A DNA stretch of 64,000 bases from Mustelus asterias. Taxonomy: Eukaryota. The notes below the pieces were generated by a model that was not told the DNA's origin, made no database searches, and saw only the letters and a program-made list of their open reading frames with translations. The position numbers were made by a program, and so were the translations under genes. The stretch lies in the NCBI RefSeq assembly GCF_964213995.1, contig NC_135804.1, forward strand, positions 33,914,001 through 33,978,000. The letters run 5' to 3'. Positions 24,931 to 37,359 of the stretch are shown piece after piece; positions within the stretch are counted from its first letter, which is position 1; every line of letters starts with the position of its first letter.

Positions 24931-25737
24931 TGAGGCCAAACGGGCCATCTAAAATGGCGATTTGTAAAGCACTCTGGGACAATTAGGCAAGAGCTAAAAC
25001 GACAGGCTGCAACCTAAAAGACAGAGATAAACAGGCTGCAACCCAGACGGGTGAATACACAGGATATGGGTTATCTCCAGGACAAAAGAGACTTTCTGGT
25101 CAAACTGGGTTGTTTACCAGACATTAGGGCGCCGTAACCCCTTATTTGGGAGGGAGGTGTGAACCCTACGTGCCCCCAGCACCTGCAGACTTGGCCATTG
25201 GGGACACACCCAGAGATTGGTGTGGCAGCACCCGATTGGACTTTATCGATCAGGGTGATCAAGTCCTGATCGAGTGATTGGCATTGGCCAAAAGGAGCGC
25301 GAAACCCAACGGGGTATAAAGGGTGCTGCACAACCAAGAATGTCTCTCTCTCTCTGACCCCACGAACGAGCTACAACACCGGTGACCATCGCCGGCGACG
25401 ACCAGCACGAAGAGAGCCACCACAGCTGAGAAGGAAGGAAGACCAGAGCCAGAGTGCCAGACCAGACCAAAGGACCAGACTATGCAGAGGACGACCAAGA
25501 CCAACGCACAGATAAAGGCCAATACCTGCTTGGGTACTTCCAGTCACGCAAAGTTAAGTCAAGGTCTTGCATTGGACTTGAACTTTAGTATTTTCTGTAA
25601 GATAACTTATTGTTGGTTGGGTGGGTGATTATTGATTGTGTGTCTTAAACAAATATTGGTTGTACTAACAAGACGTCTACTCGCAGTTAATTGTCCACCG
25701 TATAAGGATTAAAACAGACTGTGTAGCAGGCACAACA
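24931..25737 (+). mobile_element. Solo LTR (ERV/Gypsy-type) in the intron between the IgV and IgC1 exons
   Basis: TG...CA termini with flanking CCCC/CCCC 4-bp TSD; clustered ATTGG (CCAAT) boxes and GGGGTATAAA near 25311-25320; interrupts an older CR1-tail sequence. Confidence 0.65.
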
Positions 25738-26161
25738 CCCCTGACACGATGAGCTCTTATTCCGTGTAGCAACCTTTGACGTGGCACCTTGTCAAATGCC
25801 TCTCAAATCACAGAATCAATCCAGATGGATGTTTCAATGTGCAGAAATGTACCTTCACAACTAAGATAAAAGTTTAAGTTAATTTAACCTGATTGTGGAA
25901 GTGCTTTTCTCTCAGAAATTTCTAGACACTTTTATTTTAGCTCATTTAGGTGAAGGCAAATGATTTGCCTTTTTACGGTAAACTCGGAGTTCAATTGAGA
26001 ATATTTGCATCTCTGCACTTTTCTCATCAGTACATTTTTACACTTCCCAAAGTCAGCTGGAATTCTTAATTTACATTCACATTTCCGGTGAATATAGTGA
26101 ATAAAAACTCCACACACACAGTTCCTGAAGGATCATACTTCAGGCATTATTCCTCACTCAC

Positions 26162-26500
26162 CTGTTATTGCCAGAGTAACGGTCCCCGTTGCTTTATCAG
26201 AAAATACTGTAACTGTGCAGGAGTATGATCCAACATCTTGAATTGTAACATTTTTTAGAAGTAAAGAAGCATTTGCTTTGCTTATTTCATTTATGGAGAG
26301 ACTCGATCCTGGTCTATAGCTTTCATATTCTCCAAACTCGAACAAGCAAACTGCTTTGTTATCGGTGCCCACTCTGTGATTCCATTCAATCACAATGTAG
26401 CTCAATTTCAATTCAACTGTGCGTGTAAATAGGCAGCCCAGCACGACATCATCACCGATTGTGGCATTGATAGCTGGGATGACCATCACCTCGAGGGAAG
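26162..26500 (-). CDS. Ig-NLR gene exon 2: Ig V-set domain (B7/NCR3LG1/tapasin-like)
   Basis: Acceptor TTTTTTAATGCAG|, donor |GTGAGT; 339 nt, phase 1-1. V-set motifs: GDDVVLGC, IEW, ANASLLLKNVTIQDVGSYSCTV. N-glycosylation sequons NAT, NAS, NVT. Confidence 0.92.
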
Positions 26501-27029
26501 CTGCATTAAAAAATACACAACAAAAGTTCAAAACATGGTTCATAAATAATTCATTACAATCATTCTTTGCTTCACGAAAATTCTGTGGAAGGAGAAATGG
26601 CGAACAGAGGCAAAATATAACAGGGGCGTGTGGGACACCACTCAGCCACTTTTAAATATCTATTTCCTTCATTACAACAGTAGCGGCTATTCTTTAAAAA
26701 AGTACTTCATTGGCTGGAAAGCATTTTAATATATCCATTGGTCGTGAAAATGCAATTTAAATGCAAGTCTATCTTTTTGTTTCCCAGCCTGCAGCCAGCA
26801 ACCAGAGAGGTGTGTGTGGTGGGAAGGGAAAGATATGGGGGAGCAGGAGGAATGACCCACGACTGGGAGGGGAGAGGTTGGTGATTGTGGGGTGGGGGGG
26901 AATAGATCTGTGATTGGGTGGGGAGGGGGAAAAAAACTTTGTTTATGAAAGGCGATGGAGGATCCTGATCAGGTTGTGGGGATAAAAAGCCATTGGTTGG
27001 GATGGCTGGGATCAGAATATCAGGACCTA

Positions 27030-29220
27030 GGGGCCAGTGTTCTTGCAAACTGCATAACTAGAGAAGTAAAGAGCGCTTTAAACAAAATAAGGGGAGGGGG
27101 ATGATTCTGGAGGGGGCCTATTTAGGCATATAAAGGAAAAGGATGTGGCAGCTTTACAAGGCAGATGTTTAGGTAATGATACCCAGAGTGTGACAGGAAG
27201 GGACAGAGTGTACAAACATAAAAATATAGCAGCAAATGGGATAAAAAGGGAAAAAAATGTTAACAAAGCAAAGTGAATGGCTCTTTACTTAAATACACAT
27301 AGTATTCAGCACAAAATAAATGAATTGATGGCAAAAATTGGGGTTAATGGGTATGACCTTATAGCCATTATAGAGATGGGGTTACAAGGAGATGAAAACT
27401 GGGAACTAAATAATTAGGGATATGTGACTTTTTGTAAGGACAGGCAGGAAGGAAAGGGTAGTGGGGTAGCTTTGTTGGTATGAGATGGAATAAGTATGAT
27501 AGGAAGAAATGATCTTCAATCAGAAGATGTAGAATCCATGTGGGTGGAGGTAAGAAATAACAAATGGAAAGAAGATACCAGTGGCAGTAGTCTGTAGGCC
27601 CCCTAACAGTAGCTGTACTGTAGGACAGAGAATAAACAGCAGATAATGAGGGTATGGAGCACTTTAATCATGAGTGACTTTAATCCTCATGTAGATTGGG
27701 AAAATCAAATTGGTAGAGGCAGCCAAGAGGAAGAATTTATAGAATGTTTTTGGGACAGAATAATATGTTGTGGATCCAATCAGAGATCAGACTATTTTAG
27801 ATCTGGTAATGTGTAACGAGCAGGTTTAATAAACAATTTCAGAGTAAAAGATTCCTGAGGAAACAGTGACCATAACATAGTAGAATTTAGCATTCAGTTT
27901 GAGAGTGAGAAACTTGCTAAACTTCTATGCTAAACGTAAATAAGAGTAATTCTACAGCAACAAGGGCAGAGATGGCTGGAATGGACAGGGGAAGGAATGC
28001 AGCAGGAAGGATGGTTAATCAGCAATGACAGATGTTTATGAAAATAGTCCATGACTCAACAGACATATATCTCAGTGAGGAAAAAGAATTCTAGGAAGGG
28101 GATAAATCAACCATGGTTAACCCAAGGAAGTTAAGGGTAGTATTAAACTGAAAGAAAAAATCATATAATGCGGCAAAGATTAGTGGTAAGGCAGAGGATT
28201 AGGAATGTTTCAAAAACCAACAAAAGATGACTGAAAAAAATAATAAAAAGGGGGAAGGTAAACTATGAGGGTGAACTAGCAAGTAATATAAAAATGGACA
28301 GCGAGAGTTTCTTTAACTATATAAAAAGAGAGGCCAAAGTAAACATAGGCTCCTCAGAAAATGAGACTGGGGAAATAATAATGGGGAGCCAGGAAATGGC
28401 CGTGGAGTTAAATAAATACTTTACTTCAGTGTTCACGGTGGAAGACTCTAATAGCATTCCAAAAATTCTAACTAATCAAGGAGCAAAAGGGTGGGAAAGG
28501 AAATAAATGCAATAACTGTCACCAGAGAAAAAGTACCAGGGAAAGTAAAAAGGCAAAAGGACGATAAGACCCCTGGCCCTAATGGGTTGCATCCAAGGAT
28601 ATTAAAGGAAGTAACTACAGAGAAAGTGGATGCACTGGTAGTGACCTTCCAACAATCCTTAAATTCTGGAAAAGTCCTAGAGGATTGAAAAACTGCCAAT
28701 GTAACAACCTTATTCAAAATGGGAAGGAGACAAAAACAGGTAACTATAGACCAATTAGCTTGACATCTGTCTTTGGGAAAATATTAGAATTCATTATAAA
28801 GGATACAATAGCAGAGCATATAGAAATGTATAATATAATCAAGCAGAGTCAATATGGCTTCATGAAGAGGAAATCATGCCTGACAAATTTATTAGAATTC
28901 TTTGAGGTGGTAATTTGCAGGATAGATGGAGTAGATGTAACCAATAGATGTAATGTAATGTAACATACTTGGATTTCCAAAAAACGCTTGAAAAGGTCTT
29001 GCACAAAAGACTACTTAATAAGATGAGAGCCCATGGTTTTGAGGTAGAATATTAGCATGGATAGAGGATTGGCTAACTGATAGAAGACAGCGAGTTCGGG
29101 GATAAGATGGGCATTTTCTGGAACTAGTGGAGTTCTTCAGGGTTAGTGCTGGGGCCACTATAGTGAATGTACTGTTGCCAAGTTTGCAAATGGCACAAAA
29201 ATAGATGGGAAGATGTTAAG
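27030..29220 (+). mobile_element. Long degraded CR1-like LINE (endonuclease to RT region)
   Basis: Frameshifted pieces: KTPGPNGLHPRILKE, GNYRPISLTSV, KSCLTNLLEFF. Confidence 0.82.
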
Positions 29221-29342
29221 AATGTAGGAAGTTAATGAGGTTAACAGTTGAACTTGACATGAAAACAAAGTATCAAACAAGTAACAAGATTAGCATGCGT
29301 TCAGAGGAATAATGAGATATGATATACCCAGTAACAAGATTA

Positions 29343-30700
29343 ACATAAGAAATAGGAGCAGGAGTAGGCCATCCAGCCCCTCGAGCCTGCTCCACCATTC
29401 AATAAGATCATGGCTGATCTTTTCGTGGACTCAGCTCCACTTACCCGCCCACTCACCATAACCCTTAATTCCTTTACTGTTCAAACATTTACCTATCCTA
29501 CCTTTAAACACATTCAATGAGGTAGCCTCAACTGCTTCACTTGACAGGGAATTCCATAGATTCACAACCCTTTGTGTGAAGAAGTTCCTCCTCAACTCAG
29601 TCCTAAATCTGCTCCCCCTTATTTTGAGGCCATGCATGCTCCCTAGTTCTATTTTCACCCGCCACTGGAAACAACTTCCCTGCTTCTACCTTATCTATTC
29701 CCTTCATAAACTTATATGTTTCTATAAAGTCTCCCCGCATTCTTCTGAATTCCAATGAATATAGCCCCAGTCTACTCAGTCTCTCCTCATAGGCCAACCC
29801 TCTCAACTCCGGAATCAACCTAGTGAATCTCCTGTGCCTGTGTTTAATGTTCCCTCCACCCACATTGTCTGTACCGTAAGACCTGGCTGGTTGTAGGATT
29901 CGCATTCTAATCAGTATTCTGCAACTTGATTTTGTCTGTTTGTACTGTTTGAGAGCACATTTCCACTCCATCTGACGAAGGAGCAGTGCTCCGAAAGCTT
30001 ATGGTATTTGCTACCAAATAAACCTGTTGGACTTTAACCTGGTGTTGTGAGACTTCTTACCTCATCTAGTGTCAGTATATCCTTTCTCAAGTAAGGAGAC
30101 CAAAACTGTACACAGTACTCCAGGTGTGGCTTCACCAGCACCTTATACAGCTGCAACATGACCTCGCTGTTTTGAAACTCCATCCCTCTAGCAATGAAGG
30201 ACAAAATTCCATTTGCCTTCTTAATTACCTGCTGCACCTGCAAACCAACCCCTTGTGATTCTTGCACAAGGACACCCAGGTCCCTTTGCACAGCAGCATG
30301 CTGCAATTTTTTACCATTTAATAGTCCATTTTGCTGTTATTCCTACCATAATGGATGACCTCACATTTCCCAACATTGTACTCCATCTGCTAGACCCTCG
30401 CCCAATCACTTAGACTATCTATATCCCTTTGCAGACTGTCAGCGTCCTCTGCATGCTTTGCTCTGCCACTCATCTTAGTGTCATCTGCAAATTCTGACAC
30501 ACTACACTTGGTCTCCAACTCCAAGTCATCTATGTAAATTGTAAACAATTGCGGTCCCAACACTGATCCCTGAAGCATACCACGAGTCACTGATCGCCAA
30601 CCAGAAAAACCACCATTTACCCCCACTCTTTGCTTTCTGTTAGTTAACTAATCCTCTATCCATGCTAATACATTACCTGTAACACCATGCACCTTTATCT
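29343..30700 (-). mobile_element. CR1-like LINE, interrupted by a Penelope-like fragment
   Basis: QGSVLGP..FADDTK, HLEYCVQFWSP; 3' tail. Confidence 0.85.
29968..30004 (+). ncRNA. Minimal hammerhead ribozyme motif (Penelope-like fragment about 29832-30060, nested in CR1)
   Basis: CCAT CTGACGA AGGAGCAGTGCTCC GAAA GCTT ATGG. Confidence 0.68.
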
Positions 30701-31645
30701 TATGCGTATGTGCAGTTGCCCCAAACAGTCAGCCTTCAGTTTATTGGTCAGCTCGATCGCTGGCCAGCCTGGGACACTCGCACTGCTGCCCCACAGTTCT
30801 CACCAGCATTCCCGGGCCAGCCCCAACACCCCCCACCCCACTCCGGCCAGAGCACCCCAATCTCCGGCACCCCCCTATCAGTGACAATCCCACCCCAATT
30901 ACTGCCCTCCTTCCAGCCTTGACCGGATCCCAATGCAGAATGGCAGCGGGACCCCCCCATTCCCACCAATTGCCCCGAGTCCCTGCCCCCTCAGCCCCAC
31001 CACCTTGGCACTGTCCCTTGCCCAATGGGCAGTACCAAGGCACCCCCTGGACATGGGCACTTTGCCCCTTGGGCAAATGGTATGATGGCCTTTGTTGAAA
31101 GAGGATTTGAGTATAGGGATAGGGATGTTTTGCTGCTATTGTACAAGGCCTTGGTGAGGCCACATCTGGAATATTGCGGCAATTTTGATGTCCTTATCTG
31201 AGGAAGGATGTTCCTGCTATAGAGGGAGTACAGCGAAGGTTTACCAGGCTAATTCCTGGGATGGCAGGTCTGTCATATATGAGGAAAGACAAAGTCATAG
31301 AGTCATAGAAGTTTACAGCGTGCATTTAGGATTATATTCAAAGAACAAAGAAAATTACAGCTCAGGAACAGGCTCTTCAGCCCTCCTAGCCGAATTCATT
31401 GGACTTTAGAAGAGTGAGGGGGGATCTCATAGAAAGTTATAAAATTCTAACAGGGTTAGACGGGTAGATTCAGAAAGAATGTTCCTGATGGTGGGGGAGT
31501 CCAGAACTAGGGGTCATCGTTTGAGGCTAAGGGATAAACCTTTTAGAATTGAGGTGAGGAGAAATTTCTTCATCCAGAGAGTGGTGAATGAGTGGAATTC
31601 ACTGCACAGAAAGTAGTTGAGGTCAAAATGTTGTGTGATTTCAAC

Positions 31646-31975
31646 GGCACGGCACGGTAGCACAGTGGTTAGCACTGCTGCTTCACAGCTCCAGGGACCT
31701 GGGTTCGATTCCCGGCTTGGGTCACTGTCTGTGTGGAGTTTGCACATTCTCCTCGTGTCTGCGTGGGTTTCCTCCGGGTGCTCCGGTTTCCTCCCACAGT
31801 CCAAAGATGTGCGGGTTAGGTTCATTGGCCATGCTACAAATTGCGCTTAGTGTCCTGAGATGCGTAGGTTGGAGGGATTAGTGGGGAGATATGGGGGTAG
31901 GGCCTGGGTGGGATTGTGGTCGGTGCAGACTCGATGGGCCGAATGGCCTCTTTCTGTACTGTAGGGTTTCTATGA
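31646..31975 (+). mobile_element. HE1-like SINE
   Basis: Near-identical to the copy at 11334. Confidence 0.88.
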
Positions 31976-32249
31976 TATAGCTCTTGGGGCTAAAGGGAAC
32001 AACTCCTAGCAGTGCTTGATTCATAACATAGAACACAACTACTTTATAATATCATGGGACATCCAGAAAGCATAACCATGTTTCAATGTTTCTTTGATTG
32101 TCCTTGAATCTTCCCACCACACTTGCCATCCTCTCGCGCCGCACCCTTTGGGAACCACTGGAATATAATGATCAGCCATGGTCGTAATGAATGGTGGAGC
32201 AGGCTTGAAGGACTGAATAGACTACTCCTGCTTCTAGTTTCTATGACAA

Positions 32250-32590
32250 ATCATAGAAATCATAGAAACCCTACAGTGCAGAAGGAGGCCATTCGGCCCA
32301 TCGAGTCTGCACCGACCACAATCCCACCAGGCCCTACCCCCACATATTTACCTGCTAATCCCTCTAACCTACACATCCCAGGACTCTAAGGGGCAATTTT
32401 TAACCTGGCCAATCAACCTAACCCGCACATCTTTGGACTGTGGGAGGAAACCGGAGCACCCGGAGGAAACCCACGCAGACACGAGGAGAATGTGCAAACT
32501 CCACACAGACAGTGACCCGAGCCGGGAATCGAACCCGGGACCCTGGAGCTGTGAAGCAGCAGTGCTAACCACTGTGCTACCGTGCCGCCC
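32250..32590 (-). mobile_element. HE1-like SINE
   Basis: Reverse complement of the copy at 11334. Confidence 0.88.
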
Positions 32591-32865
32591 TGTATGTACA
32601 CGTCACAGTCATTTATTGTTTTCCATCTTCTGATGGTAGTTCAGCTGAAAAAAAACCTGTTAAATCTTCAGGAAAGCAATTGTTTTGGCAATACTGTAAT
32701 ATACCAAGTATTAGGGTTTATTGTATTATTAATAATAACTTTAACCAGAATAATTAACTATCGTTCCACTTTCTGTCGATTGAATCCCTGGCATGAAGGC
32801 TGAATTTAACTCGTCCAGAGGGAATTGACTTCCTTGTTCATAGTCACAAAGGCTTCTTCACTTAC

Positions 32866-32917
32866 CTGCTACGGAAACAAAGCAAAACGTTGTGAATTTT
32901 GTTAGAAAGCAGCTCAT
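32866..32917 (-). CDS. Ig-NLR gene exon 1: putative leader/signal peptide exon (MSCFLTKFTTFCFVSVA+G)
   Basis: ATG at 32917 (ACA-ATG context); 17 codons + 1 nt, then a strong donor CAG|GTAAGT. Phase 1 matches the IgV acceptor, giving ...VSVA-ASLEV.... Moderately hydrophobic; ISRE-like motif about 93 bp upstream. Confidence 0.72.
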
Positions 32918-33009
32918 TGTTCCGTTTGTCTTGCTTCAAAACGGATTGTGAAGGAAATACATGATTTCCAGGCGAATAAACCAAACACCGCAACGGTTTG
33001 GCTTGAACA

Positions 33010-33026
33010 GAAACGGAAATGAAAGC
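33010..33026. promoter_or_regulatory. ISRE/IRF-E with overlapping EICE (PU.1-IRF) motif upstream of the leader exon
   Basis: GAAACGGAAATGAAAGC: three GAAA cores, containing GAAANNGAAA and GGAANNGAAA, about 93 bp 5' of the ATG at 32917. Confidence 0.65.
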
Positions 33027-33699
33027 AATTTTGGAGGCGGAACTACACATTTAGAAAGTGTTTATCTCAAAGCCCAGAGGGTCACAGGGTGCAATTGAAG
33101 AACGATGTGTCACTTCATTGCGACTTCGTAAACAAATGCTAATTGGAACAAAAACAGAAAACGCAGAGAAGAAACCTGCCGAGGTTTTTCCGCCAGCAGT
33201 TTGAGTTTTCATTTCAGATTTGCAGCATTGTGCTTTAGAAAATGAAAATAAAAGAGCTTTGTCAAACTGCTCATGAAGACCCCCGCAAAGAAGAACAGGG
33301 CAAGTAAACTAAAGGGTGGGTGAGTGTAAAATTTGGGCCTTGGAATCTCCAGCAGAAGATCTGTTTTAAACCCCAGGATCACTGCATGAGCTGGGCTGGA
33401 CACTGTGGAGATCTCTCCAGCAGACCAAATGGCAGGCAGGCAGGCTTGGAGAATTGCACAGGAAGCGATGCATCTGACTCCCAGCAGCAGGAGTTTAAAG
33501 GGGAACATTACGATGTAGAGGTGGAAGAGGGAGAGAATTTGAATTTTTTTTAAATTCATTTCTTAAAGTTACAGAACCAATGGGCTGAATGGACAGCCGG
33601 GCAAGTCCTTAATCCCTCTCCTAGCTTGCTCCAAAAAACAATTCAAATTGAATCCAATTTATGGTCCCCACTAGAGAGACGGGTGGTTGGGGGGGGGGG

Positions 33700-33995
33700 G
33701 GGCACGTTGCTGAGCCTTGCTGCCTCAGCGCCAGGTACCCAGGTTCAATTCAGGCCTTGGATGACTGTTTGGAGTTTGCAAGTTCACCCAGTGTCTCTGT
33801 TGGTTTCCTCCCACAGTCCAAAGGTGTGCAGGGTAGGTTGATTGGCTATGCTCCAAGATGAGTGGGTTAGGGGGATTAGTGGCCTAAATAAGTGGGGTTA
33901 CGGGGGTAGGGTCTGGGTAAGATGCTCTATCGGAGTGAGCCGGTGCAGACTTGATGGGCCAAATGGCCTCTTCTGCACTGTAGTGATTCTATGAT
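33700..33995 (+). mobile_element. Degenerate HE1-like SINE
   Basis: Diverged head and body; CR1-like tail. Confidence 0.75.
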
Positions 33996-34129
33996 CTATA
34001 CAAGATCCAAGTTGACAAAAACAGGCATTGCACCTGATCTTGGGCTTGATCTGATACTCCATCTTACCCAAATGGTTGAGAAGTGATGCTTAGTTTATTC
34101 AAAGAGGATTACTAAGCCAAGTCTCAGAA

Positions 34130-34420
34130 TCATAGGATCCATACAATGCAGGCCATTCAGCCCATCGAGTCTGCACCGACAACAATCACACCCAGGCACT
34201 ATCCCTGTAACCCCATGGATTTACCCTGCTAACCCCCCCGACACCAAGGGGCAATTTAGCATGGCTAATCAACCTAACCCACACATCTTTGGACTGGGAG
34301 GAAACCAGAGCATCTTGGGGAAACCCATGCAGACACAGGGAGAACGTGCAAACTCCACACAGTGACCTGAGGTTGGAATTGAACCCGGGTCCATGGCACA
34401 GTGAGGCAGCAGTGCCACCC
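34130..34420 (-). mobile_element. HE1-like SINE
   Basis: Same family, minus orientation. Confidence 0.8.
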
Positions 34421-34881
34421 TCTTACCTTGTTCTTACCCAACCAGTGTATATGCAACCATTGCTCTCACCCAGTGCCTTTATTTCTTCAGAATCAGGAAT
34501 GACAAACCATATTACAGTGCAAATATCAGGGTTCTGTTTCTGAAGCAGAATCTAACACCATCCCCCTCTCTGGTCACAGTCTCAGGTTGAAACAGATGGT
34601 TCTGTACCTTGGCATCCTGTTTAAACCTGAGTTCAACTTCATATTGTATGAACCCGATTTCAATTCTATGCAAGTGGGTGGGCTTTTGAGTTAAAATCTC
34701 ATCCTATTTCCTCTCCACCACAAAGACTACCTACTTCCATATCTGTCACATTGCCTCCATCCTTGTCACTGCAAGACAAATGTGCTCTAATGTCCATTCT
34801 AGCTATCCTGCTGCCTCTGTATGCAGAACAATTAATGGACTCTGCTGCCCATAAACTGGCACCAAAGACCACTCACTCAAC

Positions 34882-34965
34882 GTTCCTGCCTTTACTGGCC
34901 AGCATTGGTTCCCACTCCTACTAGTTCCTGCCTTTACTGGCCAGCATTGGTTCCCACTCCTACTA
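34882..34965. repeat. 42-bp tandem duplication
   Basis: GTTCCTGCCTTTACTGGCCAGCATTGGTTCCCACTCCTACTA occurs twice. Confidence 0.85.
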
Positions 34966-35338
34966 ATCTTTATGCTCCCAAATTTAAATTCTTCCTAGCC
35001 CTTGTCCCTCAACTCTATAATCGCCTCCAGCTTTACAATCTGACTTGAACTGTTCTTTGGATTCTAGCCTCTGTGCAACACCTCTTTTCACCGCACAATC
35101 AGCGGTTTATGCCTTCAACCAAGTGGACCTCACGCAATGGAAGTCTCTCGGCTTCCCACTCCTTTTTTTAACCAACCTCCTTAAAATTCACCTATTTGAC
35201 CAAACTTTTGATCAGCCACCACCCTGAATGTCTCCTTTATTGCCTCAGTTCTTCTTATACCTCTGTGAAAGGCACTGGGCCATATTTCTATGTTAAACGT
35301 ACGTAGATGCAAGTTGTTGGTGCTTTCAACATAAATGA

Positions 35339-35344
35339 TTTATT
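35339..35344 (-). terminator. Candidate POP4 polyadenylation signal (AATAAA)
   Basis: TTTATT on the plus strand about 330 nt downstream of the POP4 stop codon; not verified by transcripts. Confidence 0.4.
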
Positions 35345-35675
35345 TTTGGCTTTTATGTTTTAATGAACTTTAACAAAAGCAGATAGTAAACAAAAATTAT
35401 TTTCAGTATGTGGTAATTCACTGTGAAAAGATAATGTACATGAGGGCACATTTACTAAATGCTGTGCGAATCCTTTCATTGCTCAGCAATGAGTGTAAGG
35501 AATCTGATAGGATTTTTAAATTAAACTTCCTGCGCAATTCCCTAACAGACAAGACGATCAATACATGTTTCCACTGATAGAACTGAACACGCAAGGCTAC
35601 ATCTCTTCCAGTGAAGCTGTGTCGAGAAACCAATGACTTCAGTAGTTATTGGACATCAGCTGCACCGCCCTGGAT

Positions 35676-35812
35676 TTAAAGGTCTATGCTTCCTTTCCCT
35701 TTAAACTTCTTCGCGGAACGTTCACTCGATCTCAACTGAAACTTGCTGCCGTAAATGTAGGAAACAAAGCCATCGATTTCCACGCTGAAGACGCTGTTTT
35801 GCTTGGGAATGA
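35676..35812 (-). CDS. POP4: POP4 exon 7 (VIPKQNSVFSVEIDGFVSYIYGSKFQLRSSERSAKKFKGKGSIDL*)
   Basis: 137 nt to TAA; near-identical to the vertebrate POP4 C-terminus. Total CDS 660 nt = 219 aa + stop. Confidence 0.96.
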
Positions 35813-36477
35813 CTGGGTTGGAGAAGGAAGATAAAATGAAGCATGTGGCACGATGTACAGAATAACAATTTCAAAGCTGCTTCAATTCTTTTGTACTTGA
35901 ATACTTTACAACGCAAGTTATACTTCAATAAAAATATGCTGGGGACAGTGATGCCACGACCACAGAATGAATGTTTTAAGGAATAACAACACAATTTACA
36001 CATCTTAGATGTAAAAGAAAGAATAAATAAATATCTGGGAATGATTAAAAAGCACTAATTTGAAGAATCTATACAAGCCCAGAACCATTAAATTGATGGT
36101 ATTACAATCCACCAATTATCCACATATGGCTTCCAGCTAACTGCCTTTGGCTGAAATTATGGGCTACAAAACTTGGAAGTTCAAAGGGGGTTTAGTTCCA
36201 TTTGTGAAGCTAACACTGCACTAAGTGCAAGTTACTGTATATAACAGGTTAAGCAGAATTTTATTTTAGCTGAGCTATTCTTCAGTTATCTCTACCAAAA
36301 TTAAATTGGTCACAGAGGGTCCTATTTTGAACTCTATTTTGTCACAGAAGGACTGTGGTTTGATTTTCAATAAAATGCTACATTAAACTTTTACTCAGTA
36401 GGGTCTAAATTCCCTTGCAGCTGAGGGGAGTATGGAAAGGATGTGGTATTAAAATGAAACAAACCAGCTTCAAAAAG

Positions 36478-36822
36478 GGCGGCACAGTAGCACAGTGGTT
36501 AGCACTGCTACTTCACAGCTCCAGGGACCTGGGTTCGAATCCCGGCTGGGCTCACTGTCTGTGTGGAGTTTGCACATTCTCCTCATGTCTGCATGGGTTT
36601 CCTCCCGGTGCTCCGGTTTCCTCCCACAGTCCAAAGATGTGCGGGCTAGGTTGATTGGCCATTCTAAATTGCCGTTAGTGTCCCAGGGTGCATAGGTTAG
36701 AGGGATTAGTGGGTAAATATGTGGGGATATGGGGATAGGGCCTGGGTGGGATTGTGGGTTGGTGCAGACTCGATGGGCTGAATGGCCTCTTTCTGCACTG
36801 TAGGATTCTATGATTTCTATGA
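36478..36822 (+). mobile_element. HE1-like SINE
   Basis: Same family. Confidence 0.88.
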
Positions 36823-37359
36823 CTGTTTCTACTTACATTCCACTTTAACTGCAACAATAGATGTAAATTCATTCCCCCAGCTAGGCTAAGATAAAAACAA
36901 AAGACTGCGATGCTGGAAATCTGAAATCGAAACAGAAAGTGCTGAAAAAACTCAGCAGGTCTGGCGGAGAGCCAAACAATTAGTTTTTCAAGTATAACAT
37001 GACTCTCCTTTGGAACTAAAGGGAGGGAGAAATCAGTGCAGAAGAGGAGTCAAATTGGACTAGAAACGTTACGCAACTCCACAAACGTTGTCAGACCTGC
37101 TAAGTTTTCAGGAACTTTCTGGTTTTACCTCAGATAGACTTATTTATTTGGTAAACATCAGGAGATAGTTGCTAGGATCCTTCACTGTTGTCTGGTTTAG
37201 TTGCCCAATCCCAAGACATTAAATGGGTCAGCAATCAAACTGCTGTTTATTCGTTCAGTGAGGAAATGTGAACAAAGAAACACAAGGCCAGTCAATTTTG
37301 TAAAAGAGCCAGACATAGCAAGAATAAATACTCTAATTATTAAGCTCATAACTGGTCGG

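Noticed and set aside
26162-26500. Assigning the IgV exon to VSTM2B, NCR3LG1 or TAPBPL
   Set aside because: VSTM2B has a single V domain and lies on the other side of POP4 in human; similarity to B7/tapasin families is generic, so no symbol was given.
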